DNA of 64,000 nucleotides from Escherichia coli (GTDB lineage Bacteria; Pseudomonadota; Gammaproteobacteria; Enterobacterales; Enterobacteriaceae): NCBI RefSeq assembly GCF_050920415.1, contig NZ_CP169309.1; one strand, 5' to 3'. Shown piece by piece: positions 54,089 to 64,000 of this stretch (position 1 is its first letter; each line of letters starts with the position of its first letter). The notes under the pieces were generated by a model. It saw only the letters and a program-made list of their open reading frames with translations, ran no database searches and was not told where the DNA came from. The position numbers and the translations under genes were made by a program.

Positions 54089-55414
54089 ATGAGCAAAGTA
54101 ACTCCCCAGCCGAAAATCGGCTTTGTTTCCCTTGGCTGTCCGAAAAACCTTGTCGATTCAGAGCGTATTCTCACCGAACTACGCACCGAAGGTTATGACG
54201 TGGTACCGAGCTATGACGATGCGGACATGGTGATCGTCAATACCTGCGGCTTTATTGACAGCGCGGTACAAGAATCACTGGAAGCCATTGGCGAAGCGTT
54301 GAATGAAAACGGCAAGGTCATTGTGACCGGTTGTCTGGGGGCGAAAGAAGATCAGATCCGCGAAGTCCACCCGAAAGTGCTGGAAATCACCGGGCCTCAT
54401 AGCTATGAGCAGGTTCTTGAGCACGTTCATCACTACGTACCAAAACCGAAACACAACCCGTTCCTGAGCCTGGTGCCAGAACAAGGTGTGAAACTGACGC
54501 CGCGTCATTATGCCTATCTGAAAATTTCTGAAGGCTGTAACCACCGCTGCACCTTCTGCATTATTCCGTCTATGCGCGGCGATCTGGTGAGCCGTCCGAT
54601 TGGCGAAGTGTTAAGTGAAGCGAAACGACTGGTTGATGCGGGCGTTAAAGAGATTCTGGTGATCTCGCAGGATACTTCCGCCTATGGCGTCGATGTTAAA
54701 CATCGTACTGGCTTCCACAACGGCGAGCCGGTAAAAACCAGCATGGTCAGCCTGTGTGAACAGTTATCGAAACTGGGGATCTGGACACGTCTGCACTACG
54801 TTTACCCTTATCCACACGTGGACGACGTCATCCCACTGATGGCGGAAGGCAAAATCCTGCCGTATCTGGATATCCCGTTGCAACACGCCAGCCCGCGCAT
54901 TCTCAAACTGATGAAGCGTCCGGGTTCTGTAGATCGCCAACTGGCGCGCATCAAACAGTGGCGCGAAATCTGCCCGGAACTGACCCTGCGCTCAACCTTT
55001 ATTGTCGGCTTCCCTGGCGAGACGGAAGAAGATTTCCAGATGCTACTCGATTTCCTGAAAGAAGCACGTCTGGATCGCGTTGGCTGCTTTAAGTACAGCC
55101 CGGTTGAAGGTGCAGACGCCAATGCCCTGCCTGACCAGGTTCCGGAAGAAGTGAAAGAAGAACGCTGGAACCGTTTCATGCAGCTGCAGCAGCAGATTTC
55201 CGCCGAGCGCCTGCAAGAGAAAGTGGGCCGTGAAATTCTGGTGATTATCGACGAAGTGGACGAAGAAGGCGCGATTGGTCGCAGCATGGCAGATGCACCG
55301 GAAATCGACGGTGCGGTTTATCTCAATGGTGAAACCAACGTTAAGCCGGGTGATATCCTGCGTGTGAAAGTCGAGCACGCCGATGAGTACGATTTGTGGG
55401 GTAGCCGGGTTTAA
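54089..55414 (+). CDS. rimO: Ribosomal protein S12 methylthiotransferase RimO
   Basis: 441-aa radical-SAM MTTase with CNHRCTFC motif and TRAM domain. Confidence 0.95.
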
Positions 55415-55460
55415 TTAATTCAGGCCGGGCAAAATCATTTGTCCGGCCTGCGAATAAAGA

Positions 55461-56789
55461 TTACTGCCAGCTAATCTGCGCCCTGCCGTTTTTCTTACTC
55501 TTATACAGCCGCTCATCCGCCAGCATTTTCAAGCGTTCGACGGTAGTACATTCATTTGAATGCGCTACACCGATACTGGTGCTTAAATTAATGCTTCCCA
55601 CCTGGAAATGAACGATTTCTTTTAGAATCGATAGCAACTCCTCCAGCGTTCCGCCAGTATAAATCACCGCAAATTCGTCACCGCCGAAGCGGTAGACTTT
55701 ACCTTTATCTACCGGGATTTGTGATTTAAGGATTTTCACCACTTTCATCAACACTTCATCGCCCAGCAAATGACCGAAGGTGTCGTTAATGTTTTTGAAT
55801 TTATCGACATCAAAAAGACACAGATAGCCCCCTTTTTCCGGCAGGGCTTTTAAATCTTCATCAAAGGATTTTCTGCCCATTGCTTTGGTCAGGTCGTCCA
55901 GAAACGCCGAGTTATACATACTGTAGAGTTTTTTGACATCGGCAGCCGAGAAGAAAAGCCCACCGTCCAGGACGCGTTCAAAATGGTTATTAATAATGGC
56001 TTCTTTCTCCACAATGCCACGATTAATCACTCTGCGCACCAGATAAAGGCAGCTAGCACCCGATATCACTGCCACCAATGCAGCAAAGAAAATAATCAAC
56101 ATACATACCTGAAAATAAACGTCTTTTTTATACGAAAATACGTACAATCCGGTCGGCAAATAGGCGAAGTGCTCCATTGCTTCCGAAACGGTGAAGATGG
56201 CGTTTTTAGCATTATATTCATCACCGGTCACCGGTTTACCGTTCTTAAACAGAGAGAACATCAGGTTCTCGCTATCCATCGCCAGCGATTTTGACAGTAA
56301 AGAAAAACGCTCCAGACCAAGCAAAAATATCAGACTGCGATTGTGAGTTACCGGATAGAGGTAATAGACGAAGGTTTTACCGTCAAAAGAGATAAACCCT
56401 GTATTTTTGACATGTCGATACTTAACAACCTGCATAATATCTGCACAATAATTTTTCTCGAACTCCTTTACCTGAATACATTCGTCACTGGAAATCAGAT
56501 AAGGACCGACATCGTACAAATAAGAGGGTGAAACCGAGTCGGCGTAAGCTGTGCGCAAGCCAACCAACAGCTGTTCCTCCGTGGGATTTAGCGTGTTGAT
56601 GAGATCAATTGCCACGCTACGCCGATATTCAGCAATATTTGCCACCGCAAAAGCAGTATCAATAACGGACTGTTTCAGGCCATACACCCGTTCCTTTACC
56701 ATTTGAGTGTAGATCCCGCAGGCAACTGCTGAAATCATGATAAAAATCAGCAGACTGACTGTAAGTACGAACTTATTGATTCTGGACAT
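55461..56789 (-). CDS. dgcI: Diguanylate cyclase DgcI (YliF), membrane-anchored GGDEF protein
   Basis: 442-aa ORF with two TM segments flanking a periplasmic domain and a C-terminal GGDEF domain (RFGGDEF). Confidence 0.9.
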   Translation of the reverse strand: MSRINKFVLTVSLLIFIMISAVACGIYTQMVKERVYGLKQSVIDTAFAVANIAEYRRSVAIDLINTLNPTEEQLLVGLRTAYADSVSPSYLYDVGPYLISSDECIQVKEFEKNYCADIMQVVKYRHVKNTGFISFDGKTFVYYLYPVTHNRSLIFLLGLERFSLLSKSLAMDSENLMFSLFKNGKPVTGDEYNAKNAIFTVSEAMEHFAYLPTGLYVFSYKKDVYFQVCMLIIFFAALVAVISGASCLYLVRRVINRGIVEKEAIINNHFERVLDGGLFFSAADVKKLYSMYNSAFLDDLTKAMGRKSFDEDLKALPEKGGYLCLFDVDKFKNINDTFGHLLGDEVLMKVVKILKSQIPVDKGKVYRFGGDEFAVIYTGGTLEELLSILKEIVHFQVGSINLSTSIGVAHSNECTTVERLKMLADERLYKSKKNGRAQISWQ

Positions 56790-56796
56790 ACGTAAA

Positions 56797-59145
56797 CTAC
56801 TCTTTTACTAATTTTCCACTTTTATCCCAGGCGGAGAATGGCATGGGTTTCTGGTACAGATACCCCTGAGCCTGAACACATCCTAATTTGATTAATTCGC
56901 GCGCAACGTCTTCGCTCTCTACGCCTTCCGCAATCACCGGGATCCGGTTATAGCGTGCCAGATCGAAAATAATGCGCACAATTTTCCCCGCAGTACCGAA
57001 AATATCGCCGGTAAATTGCGAGTCCACTTTTATACTGTCTGGATTAATTTCATAAAAACGTTTCAGGTTTGACAAACCGGTGCCAAAGTCATCAATCGAT
57101 ATCCGTACCCCTTGTTTACGCAGTTGTTCAATATTGAGATAAAAATGTTCATTAATTCGCTCGATCACAGTTTCAGTGATCTCAACACAGAGGCTGTTAG
57201 CCTTCAGGCTATTTTCTTTCATGATGGTGGTAAAACGCTCATGAAAGTGTGGTTCGTTTAACTGCCAGGGCGAAACATTAATATGCAGTAAGAAACCGTC
57301 CTTCAGCGACGCACGCTGACTAAAATGTCTGAATTCACCCATTGCCGTTTTAATAATCTGATAACCCAGCTCATTGATAAACCCGATATCTTCAGCAATG
57401 GTAATGAACTTCAGCGGTGAAATGATCCCCCGCTCCGCAGACACCCAACGGCACAACGCCTCCGCCCCCAGAATGGCGCGGGTGTTAATATCAACGATCG
57501 GTTGATAGACCAGGAATAGTTCGCCAATTTCCATTGCATGGCGAATATTACGCGCAATCCAAATATTCTCTTCTATTTCGTTGAGTTTCGCGTCATCACA
57601 GAAAATAAACTCTGAGAACATATGGTCACGGATACTGGAAATCGCCAGTTTCAGTTTTTCTGCGTAACTCCAGGCGTTTTCTCCCTTCAACGGTTCACAA
57701 ATGGCAGACTTATGGATGCGCAGATTGCGGTAGCCAAAGCTGCTGTCAAAATCGTTTATCATCGCTATTTTACGGGTAAATGTCTGTACATTTTCCCGGC
57801 ACAGAAGTAAATAGAGATCGGCATTAAATGTCACGATATCGCAGCATTGCGCATATTTCTCGGCAATTCGCTGACACAATTTCCTGACGATTTTATTGCG
57901 TTCATCAACACCAAACACCGCTTCCACGGCTTCCAGACCACACAGTTTGATGATCCCCACAGCCAGATACTGATTATTGTTGGACTCAATAATCGCCATA
58001 TTTTTAATAAAACCGCTTTCCTGATCGTAAGAGATCAGTGAGAGCAATTTATTTGACCGTTCAATTTCGGCATCTTTCATTTCCGCGATCGAATTTTTGA
58101 TGCTGATAATCTCTTTCGCATCGCCTTCGCGAATTTTCAGAGCCTCGATTTGATCCGTTGAGTCGGGCAAAAATGCCAGCGTATTAACCAGCTCGGTCAT
58201 TTCAGAAAATTGCCGACGGAACACACGAGTGGTCATTAAATAAACCACCAGCAATACGATAATAATGAAAGCAAACGGCAGATAAAAAAGTTTATCTGAT
58301 GCGTTCAATAAATTACCGCCAGGATAATAAAAATAGATTTCGAATAATGCGTTGTTTGGCACCACTGATGTTTTTTCGATATATTCAGTATCGACAGAAT
58401 CAATAATATTATAATTGCCTTCGCTATTATAAATAATCAGTTTTTCACGAGCGAGTTGATTCTTGGCAATGATCTCATGGCCTTGTTTCAAAAATAGAAC
58501 TTCATCATTAGCGCTGATTTGATCAAGATACTCGTTCAGATATCGCCAGTTTAAATCGACATGAATTTTATCCACCACTAACAAATCGTGATCTTTGCCG
58601 TTGATGCGTAGCGTAAAAGAGATACATTTTTTACCCGGACGATCAAAGCAATTGTATGCCGGATTCCAGCTGTTGTTAGAGTCATCTGAAGCCACAGACC
58701 ACGGTCGTTTCGATGGGTTAAAATCGGCAAAAATAACCCGCCCTGACTCGTCGACAAGCGGTCCATTTACTTGTTCCTGATGATAAACAGCGATTTTATC
58801 ATTTGCCCTCCGCGAAAAGAGATAATATTTATTATTATCAAGTACCAGTCCCACCGAGTCTAAAAATGGCATCATTTCCATTTTAAGGATCACAGCGCGT
58901 TGAATCTCCTCTGTATTTTTTAATAAATACAGTGAGTCCTTTAATGTCAGGGCCGAACGTTCAATATCTTTAAAGAAATAGCCAACGTTTTTCTGAATAA
59001 GTTCAAAGCGGCTATCGGCACGTTTTACCGCGCGTTCCGATACCAGTTGATAGTTAATGATGAAAAAAAGACCAATAAATGACAGCGCTGCCAATAAAAA
59101 TAAAATTATCAACCTTATTTTTATCTTTTCGTATAAACTCAGCAT
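56797..59145 (-). CDS. pdeI: c-di-GMP phosphodiesterase PdeI (YliE), membrane-anchored EAL protein
   Basis: 782-aa ORF with N-terminal TM and periplasmic region, C-terminal EAL domain (GAEALCRW). Confidence 0.9.
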   Translation of the reverse strand: MLSLYEKIKIRLIILFLLAALSFIGLFFIINYQLVSERAVKRADSRFELIQKNVGYFFKDIERSALTLKDSLYLLKNTEEIQRAVILKMEMMPFLDSVGLVLDNNKYYLFSRRANDKIAVYHQEQVNGPLVDESGRVIFADFNPSKRPWSVASDDSNNSWNPAYNCFDRPGKKCISFTLRINGKDHDLLVVDKIHVDLNWRYLNEYLDQISANDEVLFLKQGHEIIAKNQLAREKLIIYNSEGNYNIIDSVDTEYIEKTSVVPNNALFEIYFYYPGGNLLNASDKLFYLPFAFIIIVLLVVYLMTTRVFRRQFSEMTELVNTLAFLPDSTDQIEALKIREGDAKEIISIKNSIAEMKDAEIERSNKLLSLISYDQESGFIKNMAIIESNNNQYLAVGIIKLCGLEAVEAVFGVDERNKIVRKLCQRIAEKYAQCCDIVTFNADLYLLLCRENVQTFTRKIAMINDFDSSFGYRNLRIHKSAICEPLKGENAWSYAEKLKLAISSIRDHMFSEFIFCDDAKLNEIEENIWIARNIRHAMEIGELFLVYQPIVDINTRAILGAEALCRWVSAERGIISPLKFITIAEDIGFINELGYQIIKTAMGEFRHFSQRASLKDGFLLHINVSPWQLNEPHFHERFTTIMKENSLKANSLCVEITETVIERINEHFYLNIEQLRKQGVRISIDDFGTGLSNLKRFYEINPDSIKVDSQFTGDIFGTAGKIVRIIFDLARYNRIPVIAEGVESEDVARELIKLGCVQAQGYLYQKPMPFSAWDKSGKLVKE

Positions 59146-59320
59146 GTTAATACATTTAACAAAATAACTATCTGAACGCCGTGCCGCTGCAAAAATAGTC
59201 CCGCTGCGGCTTTTTAACCAAATTACCCGATTCTACAAAATCAGCAGAAAGTTACAACACTTGCTTTGGGTAATAATTTCCTGTGAGGTGATTACCCTTT
59301 CAAGCAATATTCAAACGTAA

Positions 59321-60232
59321 CTATCCTTTAATTTTCGGATCCAGCGCATCGCGTAAACCATCCCCCAGCAAATTGAACGCCAGTACGGTCAAAAAAATAG
59401 CCAGGGCCGGAAAAACAGCGACATGCGGCGCGATAACCATATCCGCTCGAGCCTCATTGAGCATCGCTCCCCACTCTGGTGTCGGCGGCTGCGCGCCGAG
59501 GCCGAGAAACGACAGGCTGGCCGCAGAGATAATCGAGGTACCAATGCGCATAGTGAAAAACACCACGATAGAAGAGACGGTCCCAGGCAGAATATGACGC
59601 AATAAAATGGTCATATCGCTGGCACCAATACTGCGTGCTGACTCAATAAAGGTTTGCTGTTTCAACACCAGCGTATTGCCGCGCACCAGTCGGGCAAACG
59701 CGGGGATGGAAAAAATGGCAACGGCGATAATCACGTTAGCGATGCCGCTTCCCAACACCGCAACAACAGCGATCGCCAGTAAAATACCCGGGAAGGCAAA
59801 CAGCACATCGCAAATGCGCATGATCAGCCGATCCCACCAGCCTTCATAATATCCCGCCAGCAAGCCCAGCAACGTCCCGATCGCCGCACCGATAAACACG
59901 GCAAACACGCCCGCCGCCAGCGAGATTTGCGCACCAACCAGGACACGACTGAAAATGTCGCGTCCCAGTGAATCGACGCCAAACCAGTGCTGCAAAGAAG
60001 GTCCGTTATTCAGATTGTCATAATCAAAATAATTTTCGGCGTCATAGGGAGCGATCCAGCGTGCAAAAATGGCCACCACAATCAATAAAATAACGAACAA
60101 TGCGGCGGTCATCGCCATATGCTGACGGCGAAATCGTCGCCAGAATTCATGCCACGGTGTACGTACCTGGTCAGGTTTAACCAATGGCATGGCGTTTAAC
60201 ACCGCCTGACGTCGCCAGTTAAATATTCGCAT
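59321..60232 (-). CDS. gsiD: Glutathione ABC transporter permease GsiD
   Basis: 303-aa DppC/OppC-type permease; last gene of gsiABCD. Confidence 0.92.
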   Translation of the reverse strand: MRIFNWRRQAVLNAMPLVKPDQVRTPWHEFWRRFRRQHMAMTAALFVILLIVVAIFARWIAPYDAENYFDYDNLNNGPSLQHWFGVDSLGRDIFSRVLVGAQISLAAGVFAVFIGAAIGTLLGLLAGYYEGWWDRLIMRICDVLFAFPGILLAIAVVAVLGSGIANVIIAVAIFSIPAFARLVRGNTLVLKQQTFIESARSIGASDMTILLRHILPGTVSSIVVFFTMRIGTSIISAASLSFLGLGAQPPTPEWGAMLNEARADMVIAPHVAVFPALAIFLTVLAFNLLGDGLRDALDPKIKG

Positions 60233-60234
60233 CC

Positions 60235-61155
60235 TTACTTGTACCTGATAGCCGGGTTAATGGCGGCATAAAGCACATCCACCACTAAGTTGATAAGAAT
60301 AAATTCCAGCGAGAAAAGCAGAATTTCCGCCTGAATCACCGGGTAATCGCGCATTTCTACGGAGTCGACGAGTAAGCGTCCAAGTCCGGGCCAGTTGAAG
60401 ACTTTCTCCACCACAATGGAACCACCGAGTAAAAAGCCAAACTGTAAGCCCATCATGGTCACTACCGGGATCATCGCATTGCGTAACCCGTGTTTGAGGA
60501 TGACCCAGGTTTCGCTCACCCCTTTCGCCCTCGCGGTACGCATATAATCTTCGCTTAAAACGTCGACAAACGATGCGCGGGTAAAGCGCGCCATCACGGC
60601 TGCCACTGCCGCGCCGAGCGTCAGGGAGGGTAAAATGTAGTGCTGCCAACTGTCTGCACCTACGGTGGGTAACCAGCCAAGTTCAACTGAGAAAACCTGA
60701 ATCAACAGTATTCCTAACGCAAATGCCGGGAATGAAATCCCTGATACCGCGATAGTCATACTTAATCGATCCGGCCAACGGTTACGCCAGACAGCGGCGA
60801 TAATACCAGCCCCCATGCCGAACAGCACCGCCCAGGTCATACTGGTAATAGTCAACCATAGAGTAGGCATGAAGCGGCTGGCAATCTCATTGGCAACGGG
60901 ACGACGCGACACCATCGACAGGCCAAAATCGCCCTGTACGGCATTGGTGATATAGTGCCAGAACTGGTGATACAGTGGCTTATCCAACCCCAGTTGTTGA
61001 CGCACCAGCTCGATGACCTGCGCATCGGCTTCTGGTCCGGCAATCAATCGCGCTGGATCGCCGGGCAGCATATGAACAAACAAAAACACCAGCACTGAGA
61101 CAATAAACAGCGTTGGAATCAGTCCCAGTAAGCGTTTGATAACGTAATTAAGCAT
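60235..61155 (-). CDS. gsiC: Glutathione ABC transporter permease GsiC
   Basis: 306-aa DppB/OppB-type permease. Confidence 0.92.
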   Translation of the reverse strand: MLNYVIKRLLGLIPTLFIVSVLVFLFVHMLPGDPARLIAGPEADAQVIELVRQQLGLDKPLYHQFWHYITNAVQGDFGLSMVSRRPVANEIASRFMPTLWLTITSMTWAVLFGMGAGIIAAVWRNRWPDRLSMTIAVSGISFPAFALGILLIQVFSVELGWLPTVGADSWQHYILPSLTLGAAVAAVMARFTRASFVDVLSEDYMRTARAKGVSETWVILKHGLRNAMIPVVTMMGLQFGFLLGGSIVVEKVFNWPGLGRLLVDSVEMRDYPVIQAEILLFSLEFILINLVVDVLYAAINPAIRYK

Positions 61156-61172
61156 TCCACTCCCTGCGTTGC

Positions 61173-62711
61173 TTATTGCAAATCGGCGTCTTCAAAGCTG
61201 AAACCGGTGTCTGGCATGATCCAAAAACCAGTCAGGTTTTTACTGTGTGCCGACACCAGTTTTTCGACCACCAGCGGGATCCACGGCGACTCTTGCCAGA
61301 TAATATCCTGCGCCGCCTTATACAAGCGCGCCTTTTGCGCCGGATCGTTGGTTTTCAGCGCCTGGGCAAGCTCGTCATCCACCTGCTTATTGCTGTAAAA
61401 CGCAGTATTAAACAGCGTCGGCGGCCAGTTCTGCGAGGCGAACAGTGGCGATAGCGCCCAGTCAGCTTCACCAGTCGAGGCCGACCAGCCAGTGTAAAAC
61501 ATTCTCACGCCGCTCTCTTTCTGCCCTTTACCTTCAACTTCTGCCGCCCGCTGCCCGGCATCCATCGCCGTTACCTGGGCTTTAATCCCCACCTGCGCTA
61601 GCTGTTGCTGGGTAAATTGCAGCACTTTCTGTGCGGTACTGTGATTATGTGATGACCACAGCGTGGTACTGAAGCCGTTGGGATACCCCGCCTCTTTCAA
61701 TAGTTCACGCGCTTTCGCCGGATCGTAAGGCCACGGTTGATAACTTTGCGCGTAGGCAATACTCGGTGGCACCACACCAGTGGCAGGAACTGCATATCCC
61801 GCAAAGGCCACTTTCACCAGTGCCTGACGGTTGATGGCGTAATTCAGCGCCTCACGTACTTTTGGGTTATCGAATGGTTTCTGCGTCACGTTCATGCTGA
61901 TATAACGCTGCATAATCGACGGGCTGGCCATCAGCTCGATATTTTTGTTTTTCTCCAGTAGCGCCGCTTGTTCATAAGGGATGGGAAAAGCAAATTGCGC
62001 TTCACCGGTTTGCAGCATTGCCGCACGGGTGTTGTTATCCGCCACCGGACGCCAGGTTATGCTGTCCAGTTTGGGCAATCCTGGCTGCCAGTACCCCGCG
62101 AATTTTTTCACCTTCACAAAATCGGTCTGATTCCAGGTATCCAGTTCATACGGCCCGGTGCCAACCGGATGAAAACCAATCTCCTTGCCATATTTTTCCA
62201 GCGCTGCCGGTGAAATCATCGCGGTCGCCGGATGGGCAAGAATGTTAATAAACGCGGAGAACGGCTGTTTGAGGGTAATCTTTACCGTTGTCAGATCGAG
62301 CGCTTCCGTTTTCGCAATATTCTTATACAGGTTATAGCGTTTAAGATGATTCGCCGGATCGCTGGCCCGGTCGAGATTCGCTTTTACCGCCGCTGCGTTA
62401 AAGTCGGTGCCATCCTGGAATTTAATTCCTTCCCGCAATTTCACGGTGTAAGTGAGGCCGTCATCGGAAACGGTATAACTCTCCGCCAGCACGTTTTTCA
62501 GTTTCATCTCTTTATCGAGACCGAACAGCCCCTGGTAAAACGATTTCGCTACGGCCTGAGATAACGTGTCATTCGCATCATATGGATCGAGCGTGGTGAA
62601 GTTCGATCCTACCGCCACCACCACATCTTTGGCAGCGAATGCACAAGATGCCATCAACGCTGTCGCAATGCCCAGCGCCACTAACCCACTACGGTGTACA
62701 GCTCTTGCCAT
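61173..62711 (-). CDS. gsiB: Glutathione-binding periplasmic protein GsiB
   Basis: 512 aa from [34 protein letters not shown]...; long ORF-track N-terminal extension trimmed. Confidence 0.94.
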   Translation of the reverse strand: MARAVHRSGLVALGIATALMASCAFAAKDVVVAVGSNFTTLDPYDANDTLSQAVAKSFYQGLFGLDKEMKLKNVLAESYTVSDDGLTYTVKLREGIKFQDGTDFNAAAVKANLDRASDPANHLKRYNLYKNIAKTEALDLTTVKITLKQPFSAFINILAHPATAMISPAALEKYGKEIGFHPVGTGPYELDTWNQTDFVKVKKFAGYWQPGLPKLDSITWRPVADNNTRAAMLQTGEAQFAFPIPYEQAALLEKNKNIELMASPSIMQRYISMNVTQKPFDNPKVREALNYAINRQALVKVAFAGYAVPATGVVPPSIAYAQSYQPWPYDPAKARELLKEAGYPNGFSTTLWSSHNHSTAQKVLQFTQQQLAQVGIKAQVTAMDAGQRAAEVEGKGQKESGVRMFYTGWSASTGEADWALSPLFASQNWPPTLFNTAFYSNKQVDDELAQALKTNDPAQKARLYKAAQDIIWQESPWIPLVVEKLVSAHSKNLTGFWIMPDTGFSFEDADLQ

Positions 62712-62730
62712 TTTATTCTCCGCCTGAATG

Positions 62731-64000
62731 TTATCTACGCATGAATGCGTATTCTGATTGTGGTTGTGCGACGTAATGCCCCGGCCCGACGCATTGCAAC
62801 GAGACGGCTGCAACCTCTTCGCCACGCAGATGAATATTGCTGGGAAGATCGTCCGACAGCAGTACACGCTGCGGTCGTTGTCGGGACGGTTCAGCGACCG
62901 GAACTGCCGCCAGTAATTTACGCGTATAAGGATGCTGCGGATTTTCAAAGACCGCGCGCCGTGGACCAATTTCAACAATTTGCCCGAGATACATCACCGC
63001 CACACGATGACTAATCCGCTCTACAACGGCCATATCGTGGGAGATAAACAGATACGCAATGCCGAAATCACGCTGGAGATCGAGCAACAAGTTGATAATC
63101 TGCCCGCGAATAGAAACATCCAGCGCTGATACGGCTTCATCGGCAATAATCACTTTTGGATTCAATGCCAACGCGCGAGCAATGCAGATGCGCTGTCGCT
63201 GGCCACCGGAAAACTCATGCGGGTAACGCCACGCATGTTCAGGTAACAGACCCACGCGCTCCAGCAACCACGCAACGCGTGCAGCAGCTTCTTTACCTTG
63301 CAATAAACCGTGTACGCGCAACGGTTCGATAATCGAATCACCGATGGTCTGACGTGGGTCCAGCGAGGCGTAAGGATCCTGAAAAATAAACTGAATATCG
63401 CGGCGCAATGCCTGAAGTTTGCCGGGTGAAAGGGTATCGATTCGCTGACCGTTAAAGATAATTTCGCCGCCCTGCGATTCGACCAGGCGCAGCAACGCCC
63501 GCCCGGTAGTAGATTTACCGCTGCCAGACTCGCCCACCAGCGATAGCGTTTCGCCAGGCCAGAGATCAAAACTGACTTTCTCAACGGCATGCACTTCCCG
63601 CGTTACGCGATTCAACAAACCACTGCGCAAAGGGAAACGGGTAACCAGATTACGCACCCGTAAAACAGGTTCGCCATCCACCACCGTCTTCTGCTCGATG
63701 GGTGGTTCCTGTTTCACTGGATGTTCAAGCGATATGAGCGGGAAACGTCGGGGATAATCTCCCCCTTTCATCGCACCAAGCTGCGGGACAGCAGCTAACA
63801 GCGCACGGGTGTAAGGATGTTGTGGTGCATGAAAAATCTGTTTGACGCTACCCGTTTCCACCGCCTCGCCCTGATACATCACCAGTACCCGATCGGCAAT
63901 CTCTGCCACCACACCCATATCGTGAGTGATAAAGATAACGCCCATCGACATCTCTTTTTGCAATACTTTGATTAATTGCAGGATCTGCGCCTGAATAGTG
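62731..64000 (-). CDS. gsiA: Glutathione ABC transporter ATP-binding protein GsiA, C-terminal part (5' end outside the window)
   Basis: Frame open to the window edge; duplicated NBD motifs ([16 protein letters not shown]); stop at 62731. Confidence 0.92.
   Translation of the reverse strand, partial: TIQAQILQLIKVLQKEMSMGVIFITHDMGVVAEIADRVLVMYQGEAVETGSVKQIFHAPQHPYTRALLAAVPQLGAMKGGDYPRRFPLISLEHPVKQEPPIEQKTVVDGEPVLRVRNLVTRFPLRSGLLNRVTREVHAVEKVSFDLWPGETLSLVGESGSGKSTTGRALLRLVESQGGEIIFNGQRIDTLSPGKLQALRRDIQFIFQDPYASLDPRQTIGDSIIEPLRVHGLLQGKEAAARVAWLLERVGLLPEHAWRYPHEFSGGQRQRICIARALALNPKVIIADEAVSALDVSIRGQIINLLLDLQRDFGIAYLFISHDMAVVERISHRVAVMYLGQIVEIGPRRAVFENPQHPYTRKLLAAVPVAEPSRQRPQRVLLSDDLPSNIHLRGEEVAAVSLQCVGPGHYVAQPQSEYAFMRR

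Overview
This 64-kb window is Escherichia coli chromosomal backbone, matching from memory the K-12 MG1655 region cydD-cydC-aat-infA-serW-clpA-clpS-cspD-macBA-ybjX-ybjD-aqpZ-lysO-hcp-hcr-poxB-ltaE-ybjT-ybjS-amiD-ybjQ-ybjP-artPIQM-artJ-rlmC-ybjO-potIHGF-ybjN-rimK-nfsA-ybjC-grxA-ybjM-ybjL-rybB-rcdA-ybjJ-ybjI-ybjH-mdfA-ybjG-deoR-dacC-gstB-yliI-bssR-rimO-dgcI-pdeI-gsiDCBA, given in reverse orientation relative to the reference. Both ends cut a gene (cydD 3' part at the left, gsiA at the right). Almost every long ORF is an intact housekeeping gene; start codons were trimmed from the ORF track by comparison with remembered protein N-termini. The one clear departure from the backbone is an AT-rich segment of about 2.4 kb between ybjQ and ybjP (about 25.1-27.65 kb). 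It carries a single 589-aa ORF with a polar Ser/Asn/Gln-rich N-terminus and about 16 consecutive pentapeptide-type repeats, followed by about 650 bp of AT-rich non-coding DNA. This is the best candidate for something undescribed, possibly an EspX-like secreted effector. Other points worth a second look are a C19 homopolymer with flanking 20-bp direct repeats downstream of serW, a GC-rich multi-hairpin element between aqpZ and lysO, the sigma-E-type rybB sRNA between ybjL and rcdA, and the OLD-family ATPase YbjD. No CRISPR array, IS element, integrase or rRNA was seen. All names rest on recalled similarity, not on a database search.
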